This document shows, one piece after another, positions 1 through 7,037 of a stretch of DNA of 64,000 nt. How positions within the stretch are numbered: the first letter of the stretch is position 1; each line of letters starts with the position of its first letter. Position numbers and translations under genes: made by a program. Source of the stretch: Chthoniobacterales bacterium (lineage in GTDB: Bacteria > Verrucomicrobiota > Verrucomicrobiia > Chthoniobacterales > DASVRZ01). Location of the stretch: NCBI GenBank assembly GCA_036388355.1, contig DASVRZ010000135.1:5240-69239 (forward strand), read 5' to 3'. Under the pieces are notes generated by a model. That model was given only the letters and a program-made list of their open reading frames with translations. It was not told where the DNA came from and did not search any database.

Positions 1-289
1 CGCGCAGGAAATACTGGTTGGCCTTTCCCCCGCCGGCGTGCTGGGTGACGATGACGCCGGGGATGGTTTCGACGATTTCGCCGGTGCGCAGGAGGGGTCG
101 AGCGGAAAGCGCGTCGCCGCTGACCACGCCCTCGCTGGAGGTGGTGGCGACGCCGGTGAGGTCGTCGTCACGCCCGGTGACGGTCATGGTGTCGAGAGTG
201 ACCGGAGCCTCGGGTGCCGGGCGAATGACTTGTGCGTGGAGAGAGCCGAATGCACACAAGCTCAGAGCGACCAGGGTTGGAGGTTTCAT
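1..289 (-). CDS. TonB-dependent receptor, N-terminal part (gene continues past the 5' window edge)
   Basis: Own reverse-strand translation from the ATG at 289. It gives MKPPTLVALSLCAFGSLHAQ (signal peptide), then ...LDTMTVTGR...RTGEIVETIPGVIVTQHAGGGKANQYFLR, a plug-domain signature. Absent from the ORF track because no stop lies in the window. Confidence 0.65.
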   Translation of the reverse strand, partial: MKPPTLVALSLCAFGSLHAQVIRPAPEAPVTLDTMTVTGRDDDLTGVATTSSEGVVSGDALSARPLLRTGEIVETIPGVIVTQHAGGGKANQYFLR

Positions 290-341
290 CGCGAGGGTCT
301 TCAGGGACGAAGGGAGGGATGTCAAGCAACGTTCCTGCTGC

Positions 342-366
342 GGGGGAGGGGGTGGGAAGGGCGGGG
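342..366 (+). other. G-quadruplex-type G-tract run (GGGGG A GGGGG T GGG AA GGG C GGGG) inside a G-rich stretch at about 304-430
   Basis: Read directly from the sequence. Five G3+ tracts have 1-2 nt loops. The run lies 53-77 nt upstream of the TonB-receptor ATG, on the template strand. Confidence 0.4.
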
Positions 367-439
367 AAATCGGGATCTTGGGAGCGTTGGCGTCGGGTGG
401 GCGGTTTGAAGGAGGGAGGAGTCGCCGCGGGACTGCTAC

Positions 440-468
440 TTCCGGGGAGCGCAGGCGGCTCGCCTGCA
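440..468 (-). repeat. REP-like GC hairpin repeat, left arm (inverted copy)
   Basis: ttccggggagcgcaggcggctcgcctgca is the reverse complement of 555-583 except at 2 positions. Those two changes are compensatory within the internal hairpin CAGGCG-GCT-CGCCTG. Confidence 0.6.
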
Positions 469-554
469 CCCTTCGGCGGCCCGCCGAAGGGAGGTAGGGA
501 CGTCCATTACATAGATGACGGCCACCAAGATGTTTCCGGCGGGCCGCCGGAAAC

Positions 555-583
555 TGCAGGCCAGCGGCCTGCGCTCCCCGGAA
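555..583 (+). repeat. REP-like GC hairpin repeat, right arm
   Basis: tgcaggccagcggcctgcgctccccggaa contains the hairpin CAGGCC-AGC-GGCCTG. Its first 25 nt are identical to 37126-37150. Confidence 0.6.
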
Positions 584-656
584 TCCCAGCGCTTCCCGTG
601 ACGCTGCAGCCGCGCTGACACTGCGCAGCAATTTATACGAAGCGAGAGGGGCCTTC

Positions 657-875
657 TTAGACCTGCACCATTTCCCCGACTTCGACTTGCTGCGTTTCGA
701 GCGTCAACGGCAGGCCGCGTTCGGCTCGAACTTCCAGGCAGGCGGCGATAGCTTCGCGAATGTTGGCAATCGCTTCGTCGCGAGTGTCGCCCTGGCTGAC
801 GCAGCCGGGAATGGAAGGGCACTCGGCAATCCACACGCCGTCTTCATCCCGCTCAAGAGTGGTCATGAACTTCAT
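657..875 (-). CDS. hicB: HicB-like antitoxin (UPF0150 / HicB N-terminal fold), 72 aa
   Basis: MKFMTTLERDEDGVWIAECPSIPGCVSQGDTRDEAIANIREAIAACLE is the classic HicB/UPF0150 core (DG.W.A..P..PG....G.T.EEA..N..EAI). Confidence 0.75.
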   Translation of the reverse strand: MKFMTTLERDEDGVWIAECPSIPGCVSQGDTRDEAIANIREAIAACLEVRAERGLPLTLETQQVEVGEMVQV

Positions 876-987
876 AGCATCATCCTACCCGCTTTCGTGC
901 TTTTGGAAAGTCGCACGTTTCTCCTCGGGATGAGCGAATGGACCCTTGTCTCACCGCTGAACGCGAACGTTTTGGTCGATCCTTCGG

Positions 988-2175
988 CTAGGCCAGCACC
1001 ATCTCTGCGATCTCGCCGCCGATGGCTAGGGACGCCGTCGCAGCGGGGGAGGGGGCGTTGAAGAGGTGCAGGGCGTTGGCGCGTTGCACGAGCTGGAAGT
1101 CTTGCACGAGTTCGCCGGTGGCGGTGATGGCTTGGGCGCGGACGCCAGCGCCACCTGGAGCTAGATCTGCTTCCTCGATCTCCGGAACTAACTTCCGGAG
1201 GGATTGGGCGAAGAGGCGGCGGCTGAAGGAGCGCAAGGTTTCGTCCCAACACATGCGTGGATACTGCGCCATGAATTTCCACAATCCGGGGAAGGACAAC
1301 GCGTCGGCCAGGTCGGGCAGGGAGAGCTTGGTCTTGGTATAACCTTCGCGCGCCAGGGCGAGCACCGCGTTGGGGCCGGCTTCCACGCCGCCGTGGATCA
1401 TGCGCGTGAAGTGGACGCCGAGGAAGGGAAACTTCGGGTCGGGCACCGGATAGATGAGGTGTTTTACCAAATGGGTGCGGTTGGCGCGCAGTTGATAGTA
1501 TTCTCCACGAAAGGGCAGGATGCGGCAGCCGGGATCTTCTTTTGCTAACAGTCCGATGCGGTCGCAATGCAAGCCGGCGCAGTTGATGAGATAATCCGCC
1601 GCCCATTCTTTAGCGGGCGTGATGATTTTCCATCCTGTGCGGTCGGGTGCTAGCTCGGTGACGCGCGCGCCGGTTTCCACGTGCCCGCCGTTACTAACAA
1701 TATCGCGGCTCATGGCGTCGCAGACGGCGCGGTAATCAACGATGCCTTCCTCGGGCACGCGCACGGCAGCGATACCTGCGACGTGCGGCTCGATCTCGCG
1801 CATGGCCTCGCGTTCGAGCCATTGCAGATCGCCCAGGCCGTTTTGCTGTCCGCGATCGAGCAAAGTCTTCAGTCGGGCTACTTCCTCGGCATCCGTAGCG
1901 ACGACCAGCTTCCCGCAGATCTCGTGGGCGATGGCGTGTTCCTCGCAGAAGCGGATCATTTCCCGAATGCCCTGCACCGCGAGCCGAGCCTTGCGCGAGC
2001 CGGGTTTGTAGTAGAGCCCGGCGTGGAGCACCCCGCTGTTATGCGTGCTCTGGTGGTTGCCCACGCGTGCCTCTTTTTCGAGGACTGTGACGTGCAAATT
2101 GGGACGTTTACGCAGCAACTTCAACGCGGTCGCAAGTCCGACAATTCCCCCGCCGATGATGATTATGCTTTGCAT
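988..2175 (-). CDS. lhgO: L-2-hydroxyglutarate oxidase (FAD-dependent)
   Basis: N-terminal Rossmann motif IIIGGGIVGLATA. Full-length resemblance to LhgO/YgaF (NHQSTHNSGVLHAGLYY, ...LHLFNAPSPAATASL). Confidence 0.8.
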   Translation of the reverse strand: MQSIIIIGGGIVGLATALKLLRKRPNLHVTVLEKEARVGNHQSTHNSGVLHAGLYYKPGSRKARLAVQGIREMIRFCEEHAIAHEICGKLVVATDAEEVARLKTLLDRGQQNGLGDLQWLEREAMREIEPHVAGIAAVRVPEEGIVDYRAVCDAMSRDIVSNGGHVETGARVTELAPDRTGWKIITPAKEWAADYLINCAGLHCDRIGLLAKEDPGCRILPFRGEYYQLRANRTHLVKHLIYPVPDPKFPFLGVHFTRMIHGGVEAGPNAVLALAREGYTKTKLSLPDLADALSFPGLWKFMAQYPRMCWDETLRSFSRRLFAQSLRKLVPEIEEADLAPGGAGVRAQAITATGELVQDFQLVQRANALHLFNAPSPAATASLAIGGEIAEMVLA

Positions 2176-2283
2176 GTTTGGGAGCCAAGGTGCCCGGAGC
2201 CGGTGGCACGTTCAAGCTTTCGCAGAGGGCACGAGGAAGCAGTTTCTCTCGCGGAGGGTGGGGCGAGGGGTTACGAGTTCTCC

Positions 2284-2505
2284 ATGCCGGAGCGAAACAT
2301 TTTCGAGGAGATCAAAGCTTACAGCGGCTCCTCCGAGACGCGGATCGATCTGGACCTGAACCTTCCTGAAGTGTTGCCGGGAGAGGCTTTGCTGCCGTTA
2401 CCTGAGCCTTCTTATGAAGCAGTGATGGCGCACGCGCGGTGGTTGCTCAAGATGGGGTATGGTCAGGCGAGGGTAGCGAGGAATCCTGAGCCGTTCGTGA
2501 TGTAG
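2284..2505 (+). CDS. Small hypothetical protein (73 aa), tentative
   Basis: An in-frame ATG inside track ORF 1681..2505 lies in the lhgO/ftsZ intergenic gap. The peptide MPERNIFEEIKAYSG...SYEAVMAHARWLLKMGYGQ has gene-like codon usage. No recognisable family. Confidence 0.3.
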   Translation: MPERNIFEEIKAYSGSSETRIDLDLNLPEVLPGEALLPLPEPSYEAVMAHARWLLKMGYGQARVARNPEPFVM

Positions 2506-2544
2506 CGGATTCTAGGCGACCGCCTGACCTGAGGAAGCGCTTAG

Positions 2545-3888
2545 TTAAATTCGGAAGCCGCGGCGGAGGACGGTGGGGACGTCCAGGTCCTGGCCTTCGA
2601 CGATGGTCGGTTCGCTTTTCTCGAAGCGGCCGCGGGAGACGGGTTCGAATTGGAGCACTTCTTGTTTCACTTCCTTGGTCTTTTCTAGAGCTGGGGTGGC
2701 GGCAGGCTTTGGGTCGGCGGCGGGTGGGGGAGTGCGGCCTATGGGTCCTGCCTGACGCGCCGGCGGTGTTTGGCGGACGGGTGCCGGCGTGTCCTCCAGG
2801 AGGATTTCGGCTTCGAGAGCAGGAAGAGCGGCGACTTCTGGAATGATGACCTCGGGAGCCGCAGGGCGAAGTGTTTCCACCGTTGGGAGGGCTGCAGGGG
2901 TCTGGATGAGCGGATATGGCTGGCCAACGGTGCTGATCAAGGTGACGGCGAGCTTTTGCCCCAGGCGGGGGTCAATCGTGGTGCCGAGGAGGAGCTGCGT
3001 TTCGTCGCCGACGTGGCGGTTAAGCTCGTTCATGAGGATCTCGACTTCGGCGAGAGTGAGGTTCGCGGAGCCGGCGACGTGAACGAGGAGGTTGCCGGTG
3101 CTCTCGAGGAGTTTGGCGCGGTCCATGAGCGGGTTGCGCAGGGCGTAGGCGAGCGCTTCGTGGGCGCGGTTGTCGCTGTCGCTCTCGCCGTAACCGAAGA
3201 GGCAGCGGGGATCGTCGCTGCGGAGGACATGCAGCAAGTCGTCGATCCCGACTTTCATAATTCCCGGACGCGCGAGAATGGCGAGGATACTGCGGAGGCA
3301 TTCGCTCATGGTTTGATCCGCGGCCGTGAAGGCTTGCTGGATGCCGGCTTTCGGCGCGATGAGTTCGGACATGCGGTCATTTTCAAAACAGATGACGGCG
3401 TGACAGAGCTGGCGCAGATGATCGAGCGCGGCGATGGCCTGCTGGTTGCGGCGTTTTCCCTCGAAGGTGAAGGGCAGCGTGACGATGGCAATGACCAACG
3501 CTCCGGCTTCGCGAGCGGCGTGCGCCATGAAGGGAGCAGACCCGGAACCGGTGCCGCCGCCAAGACCGGCCGTGATGAAAACGATCTGGTTGCCTTCAAC
3601 GGCGGCGCGTAACTCCGGGAGCGCGTCCTGCGCCGCGGCCATGCCGACTTCGGGATCGCCGCCCGCGCCGAGACCGTGGGTGAGGGAGTGGCCGAGGAGA
3701 ATTTTCTGCGCCGCGACGGTGGAGGAGAGCGCCTGCAGGTCGGTATTGATGGCGACGAGGTCGGCGGCGTCCAGGCCTTCAATGATCAGCCGGTCGATAA
3801 CGGTCGATCCTGCGCCGCCGACTCCCACGATTTTCCGGGTGAGCGGGACGAATGGAGGGGAGGGGTGGGAGCGCGGAATCTCGATCAT
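2545..3888 (-). CDS. ftsZ: Cell division GTPase FtsZ
   Basis: Tubulin signature GLGGGTGSGSAP and N-terminal GVGGAGS. C-terminal conserved peptide DLDVPTVLRR after a Pro/Ala-rich linker. Confidence 0.97.
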   Translation of the reverse strand: MIEIPRSHPSPPFVPLTRKIVGVGGAGSTVIDRLIIEGLDAADLVAINTDLQALSSTVAAQKILLGHSLTHGLGAGGDPEVGMAAAQDALPELRAAVEGNQIVFITAGLGGGTGSGSAPFMAHAAREAGALVIAIVTLPFTFEGKRRNQQAIAALDHLRQLCHAVICFENDRMSELIAPKAGIQQAFTAADQTMSECLRSILAILARPGIMKVGIDDLLHVLRSDDPRCLFGYGESDSDNRAHEALAYALRNPLMDRAKLLESTGNLLVHVAGSANLTLAEVEILMNELNRHVGDETQLLLGTTIDPRLGQKLAVTLISTVGQPYPLIQTPAALPTVETLRPAAPEVIIPEVAALPALEAEILLEDTPAPVRQTPPARQAGPIGRTPPPAADPKPAATPALEKTKEVKQEVLQFEPVSRGRFEKSEPTIVEGQDLDVPTVLRRGFRI

Positions 3889-3893
3889 GATTT

Positions 3894-5108
3894 CTAGCGG
3901 CGGAAGATTTTCTTAAAGGGATTAAAAAGCTTGGTAAGGATGCCTTCGTGCGGCTGCTCGGAACGGACGGCCTGGGCGTATTTCACGAGGCCAATGGCGG
4001 TGGAATACTGCGGATTCTGAAAAGCCGACGTGATGCCGGCCATGGTGCGGGCGTGGGTGAGCGTGGCTTCCATGCCAAAGACTTCGCTCGCTAGATGATC
4101 GATGCCTTTGAGCAAACTGCAGCCGCCGGTGATGTGCACGCCGGAGCCGACCATGTCGAACTTTGGGTCGTTTTCAAGGCGATGGAGGAGCAGCTCGAAA
4201 GTCTCCTTCATGCGCATATGGATGATGGTGTTGAGCTTTTCCCGCTCGATCTCGCGTCCGGCGAACCCGGTTTCGTCCTTCAAGAGGACCTTTTCGCCGG
4301 GCATGGTGTTGCCGAGGATGACGCTGCCTTCTTCGATTTTCAGCCGCTCGGCGCGCGCCATCGGTATCTTTAGCAACATGCTAATATCGTTGGTGATGTG
4401 ATCGCCGCCGACCGCTAGAACGCCGCTTTGGCGAACGGCGCCGTCGTGGTAGAGAACGTAATCCGTCGTGCCGCCGCCGATATCGAGAACGAGCGCGCCG
4501 AGGTTTTTCTGCTCCTGATCGAGCACAACCTGAGCGGAGGCGAGGCCGTTGAGAACGACGTCGGCCACCTTGAGCGGGATCTCCCGCACGCAACGGAGGG
4601 TGTTGTGGATGCGGTTGCGAATGCCGTGAATGATGTGGTAATCGGCTTCAAGTTTTCCGCCGAAAATCCCGACCGGATTCAACACGCCTTCGCGGTCGTC
4701 GATGTAATAATGCTGGAGGATCTGGTGGAGAAAAGAGTTTTCCCCAGGAATGCTCACCTCGATGGCGCTGGCTTTGACGTTAGCAATGTCTTCCTCGTCG
4801 ATCTCGCCTTTTTCCTCGGGAATGGTGACGACGCCTCGGCTGTTGAAGCTGAGAATGTGCGAGCCGGTGATGCCGACAAAGACGTTGTCGATTTCGATGT
4901 CGGACTTCTGCTCCGCATCGACGAGCGCGTCGTGGAGACATTGCTGCGCGGTGTCGAAGTCGACGATTTCCCCTTTGCGAATTCCGCGGGAGGGCACCTG
5001 GCCGACGCCGAGGATTTTGATCGTGCCATCCTCCTGATCTTCTGCGACGACGACGCAGATCTTGCTAGTGCCTATCTCCAGGCCGACGACAATGTCATCC
5101 CTTGCCAT
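3894..5108 (-). CDS. ftsA: Cell division protein FtsA (actin-like ATPase)
   Basis: IVVGLEIGTSKICVVVAE, DIGGGTTD and GVHITGGCSLLKGI motifs. I chose the start at the internal ATG (MARDDIVVGLEIG), because the track ORF extends 39 codons upstream into ftsQ. Confidence 0.93.
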   Translation of the reverse strand: MARDDIVVGLEIGTSKICVVVAEDQEDGTIKILGVGQVPSRGIRKGEIVDFDTAQQCLHDALVDAEQKSDIEIDNVFVGITGSHILSFNSRGVVTIPEEKGEIDEEDIANVKASAIEVSIPGENSFLHQILQHYYIDDREGVLNPVGIFGGKLEADYHIIHGIRNRIHNTLRCVREIPLKVADVVLNGLASAQVVLDQEQKNLGALVLDIGGGTTDYVLYHDGAVRQSGVLAVGGDHITNDISMLLKIPMARAERLKIEEGSVILGNTMPGEKVLLKDETGFAGREIEREKLNTIIHMRMKETFELLLHRLENDPKFDMVGSGVHITGGCSLLKGIDHLASEVFGMEATLTHARTMAGITSAFQNPQYSTAIGLVKYAQAVRSEQPHEGILTKLFNPFKKIFRR

Positions 5109-6120
5109 TGGTCGACTTGCTCTTTTTGTTAGGAGTGGTGATGGGAACGGCTTTGCGGACAGGAACGGCTTCGGGGCCGAAGCGTTTTTCAGGAAGAGCG
5201 AGGTCGACGGTGTCGAGGCGCACAAACGTTACGGGCACGTTCTTCTGGACGAGCAGGTTCACCGTTTCCATTTTCTGCTGGTTGGCGTCGCAATAATCGA
5301 GGAGCAAACGCAGGCGCTGGAGTTGGCTGTCGAGGTCGTCGAATGAAAGGCGAGCGGTGGTGCGTTCGCGATCGCGCACTTCCATGCTGTAGCCGTTGCC
5401 GAGGTCGATCCATTCGATGTCGAAGCGACCGGCGAGGGTGTCGGAGGCTTTCTGGATGAGGCTGAGAGAGGTGAGCACATCGCTGGACGTGATCTTTTTG
5501 CCGACCCGGAGGTTGTCGGTGGGAACGCCCGCGATGACGGGCAGTCGCAGATATTCGGGAAGAATGGAACGGCTCTTCAGGACGATGCCCGAGGCGTCGA
5601 TCATGAGGGCGGTGGTATGATCGAGGGAGGCGGCCTGCTCGCGATTGGCGGCGAGCCAGGCGACGGGATGGCGCTCGCGAATGCTAATCTTCAGCGTGTC
5701 GGGCAATGAGCGTTGAATCTGCGCATCCTCGACCTGCGGGATGTCGAGCAACGCCTGCCGCGCTTCGGGGAGAGAGACGGAGAAAATGTTAACCCCGCGT
5801 TTGAGCTTAGCGGCGGCGATGATTTGTTCGCGCGGAAGCGTGCCTTCGTTTTCCACTTCGATCTGGTTGAGGACGTAGGTGGGGTTCGCGAAAAACAGAC
5901 GGTCGAGGCCGAAGCGCACGCCATAGACGACGCCGACGATGACCGAGGCAAAAATGAGGATCTTGCAGCCGAAAAGAATGATTCGCTGATTGCGCTGCGA
6001 GCGCGCCTTGTCGGAGCGGATATTTACATCGAGCAGATGCTGCGATTTTTTGCGACGCTTGTTGATACCCCGGCGGTTGTTCTGCCGAGGCGCGCCGTTG
6101 CTGCGGCTCTCGAACATCAT
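5095..6120 (-). CDS. ftsQ: Cell division protein FtsQ (POTRA domain)
   Basis: Basic N-terminus, one TM helix (IILFGCKILIFASVIVGVVYGV), then a POTRA-like YVLNQIEVENEGTLPREQIIAAA...IRERHPVAWL. Sits between ddl and ftsA. Confidence 0.85.
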   Translation of the reverse strand: MMFESRSNGAPRQNNRRGINKRRKKSQHLLDVNIRSDKARSQRNQRIILFGCKILIFASVIVGVVYGVRFGLDRLFFANPTYVLNQIEVENEGTLPREQIIAAAKLKRGVNIFSVSLPEARQALLDIPQVEDAQIQRSLPDTLKISIRERHPVAWLAANREQAASLDHTTALMIDASGIVLKSRSILPEYLRLPVIAGVPTDNLRVGKKITSSDVLTSLSLIQKASDTLAGRFDIEWIDLGNGYSMEVRDRERTTARLSFDDLDSQLQRLRLLLDYCDANQQKMETVNLLVQKNVPVTFVRLDTVDLALPEKRFGPEAVPVRKAVPITTPNKKSKSTNGKG

Positions 6121-7031
6121 GGAGTGGCTCCTTTCAGACGCGCCTTCGAGAGTTCAATGATGCGTTCGCAAAGCTGAGCCATGCTGAAGCCCGCGACTCC
6201 GGCCGCTTCGGGGAGAAGGCTCGATTCAGTCATTCCAGGCACGGTGTTTACTTCCAACACAAAAGGCTCGCCAGTGCTAGATAAAAGCACATCGACGCGG
6301 CTGTAAACTTGCAGGCCGAGCGACCGATGCGCGGCCAGGGCGAGTTCCTGGATGCGTTTCGTTAGCATCTCGTCGAAGGGAGCGGGGCAGAAGTGTTCCG
6401 CGGCGCCGCCGGGATTCAGCCAGGGATATTTATTTTTGAAATCGTAAACGCCATCCTGCGGGCAGATGAGAATAATCGGCAGCGCGAGGTCGCCGAGAAT
6501 GCCCACGGTGAGTTCGTCGCCCTGGATGAATTCCTCGACGAGGATGTCTTCGCCGTATTCGGTCACGGAGGTGAGCGCCGCGTCGAGTTCGGCCTGCGTC
6601 TTGCAAATATAAACGCCGACGCTGGAGCCCTGGCGGGGAGCTTTCACCACGAGAGGCAGCGAAAGAGTTGGACGGGCACCGCTGCGGAGCGTCTCGCTTT
6701 GCGGAGTGGAAATGCCTGCGGCGGTGAACGCCTGTTTGGAGAGGATCTTGTCGAAGGCGAGGCGGTTGGCTTCGGGTGCGTCACCCGAATAGACGATGCC
6801 GCGCTTTTCCAGCTCAGCCTGGAGATCGCCATCTTCGCCGTAGGTGCCGTGGATGACGTTGAAAGCGATATCGACGCCCGCCGGAATGGCGAAATCGGCG
6901 TTTCTAACATCGACTTCCGTGACCGTGTGGCCTGCCGCGCGGAGAGCTGTGGCTACCGCGCTGCCGGAACGCAGAGAAACGTCCCGCTCGGCTCCAGGTC
7001 CTCCTAACAAAACAGCGATATGTAAGCTCAT
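6117..7031 (-). CDS. ddl: D-alanine--D-alanine ligase
   Basis: IAVLLGGPGAERDVSLRSG, HGTYGEDG and LEVNTVPGMTESSLLP are ATP-grasp Ddl motifs. Confidence 0.93.
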   Translation of the reverse strand: MSLHIAVLLGGPGAERDVSLRSGSAVATALRAAGHTVTEVDVRNADFAIPAGVDIAFNVIHGTYGEDGDLQAELEKRGIVYSGDAPEANRLAFDKILSKQAFTAAGISTPQSETLRSGARPTLSLPLVVKAPRQGSSVGVYICKTQAELDAALTSVTEYGEDILVEEFIQGDELTVGILGDLALPIILICPQDGVYDFKNKYPWLNPGGAAEHFCPAPFDEMLTKRIQELALAAHRSLGLQVYSRVDVLLSSTGEPFVLEVNTVPGMTESSLLPEAAGVAGFSMAQLCERIIELSKARLKGATP

Positions 7032-7037
7032 AAAAAT

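Noticed and set aside
872-1606. Long Arg/Pro/Ala-rich ORFs overlapping confidently assigned genes. Examples: 872..1606(-), 8958..10607(+), 21760..22941(-), 26050..27636(+), 46734..47726(-), 48513..49448(-), 34128..34598(-), 36526..37317(-).
   Set aside because: Each overlaps a gene with clear family motifs, either antisense or in another frame. Their composition is low-complexity and R/P/G/A-rich, as is typical of shadow ORFs in about 60% GC DNA. None shows a recognisable domain.
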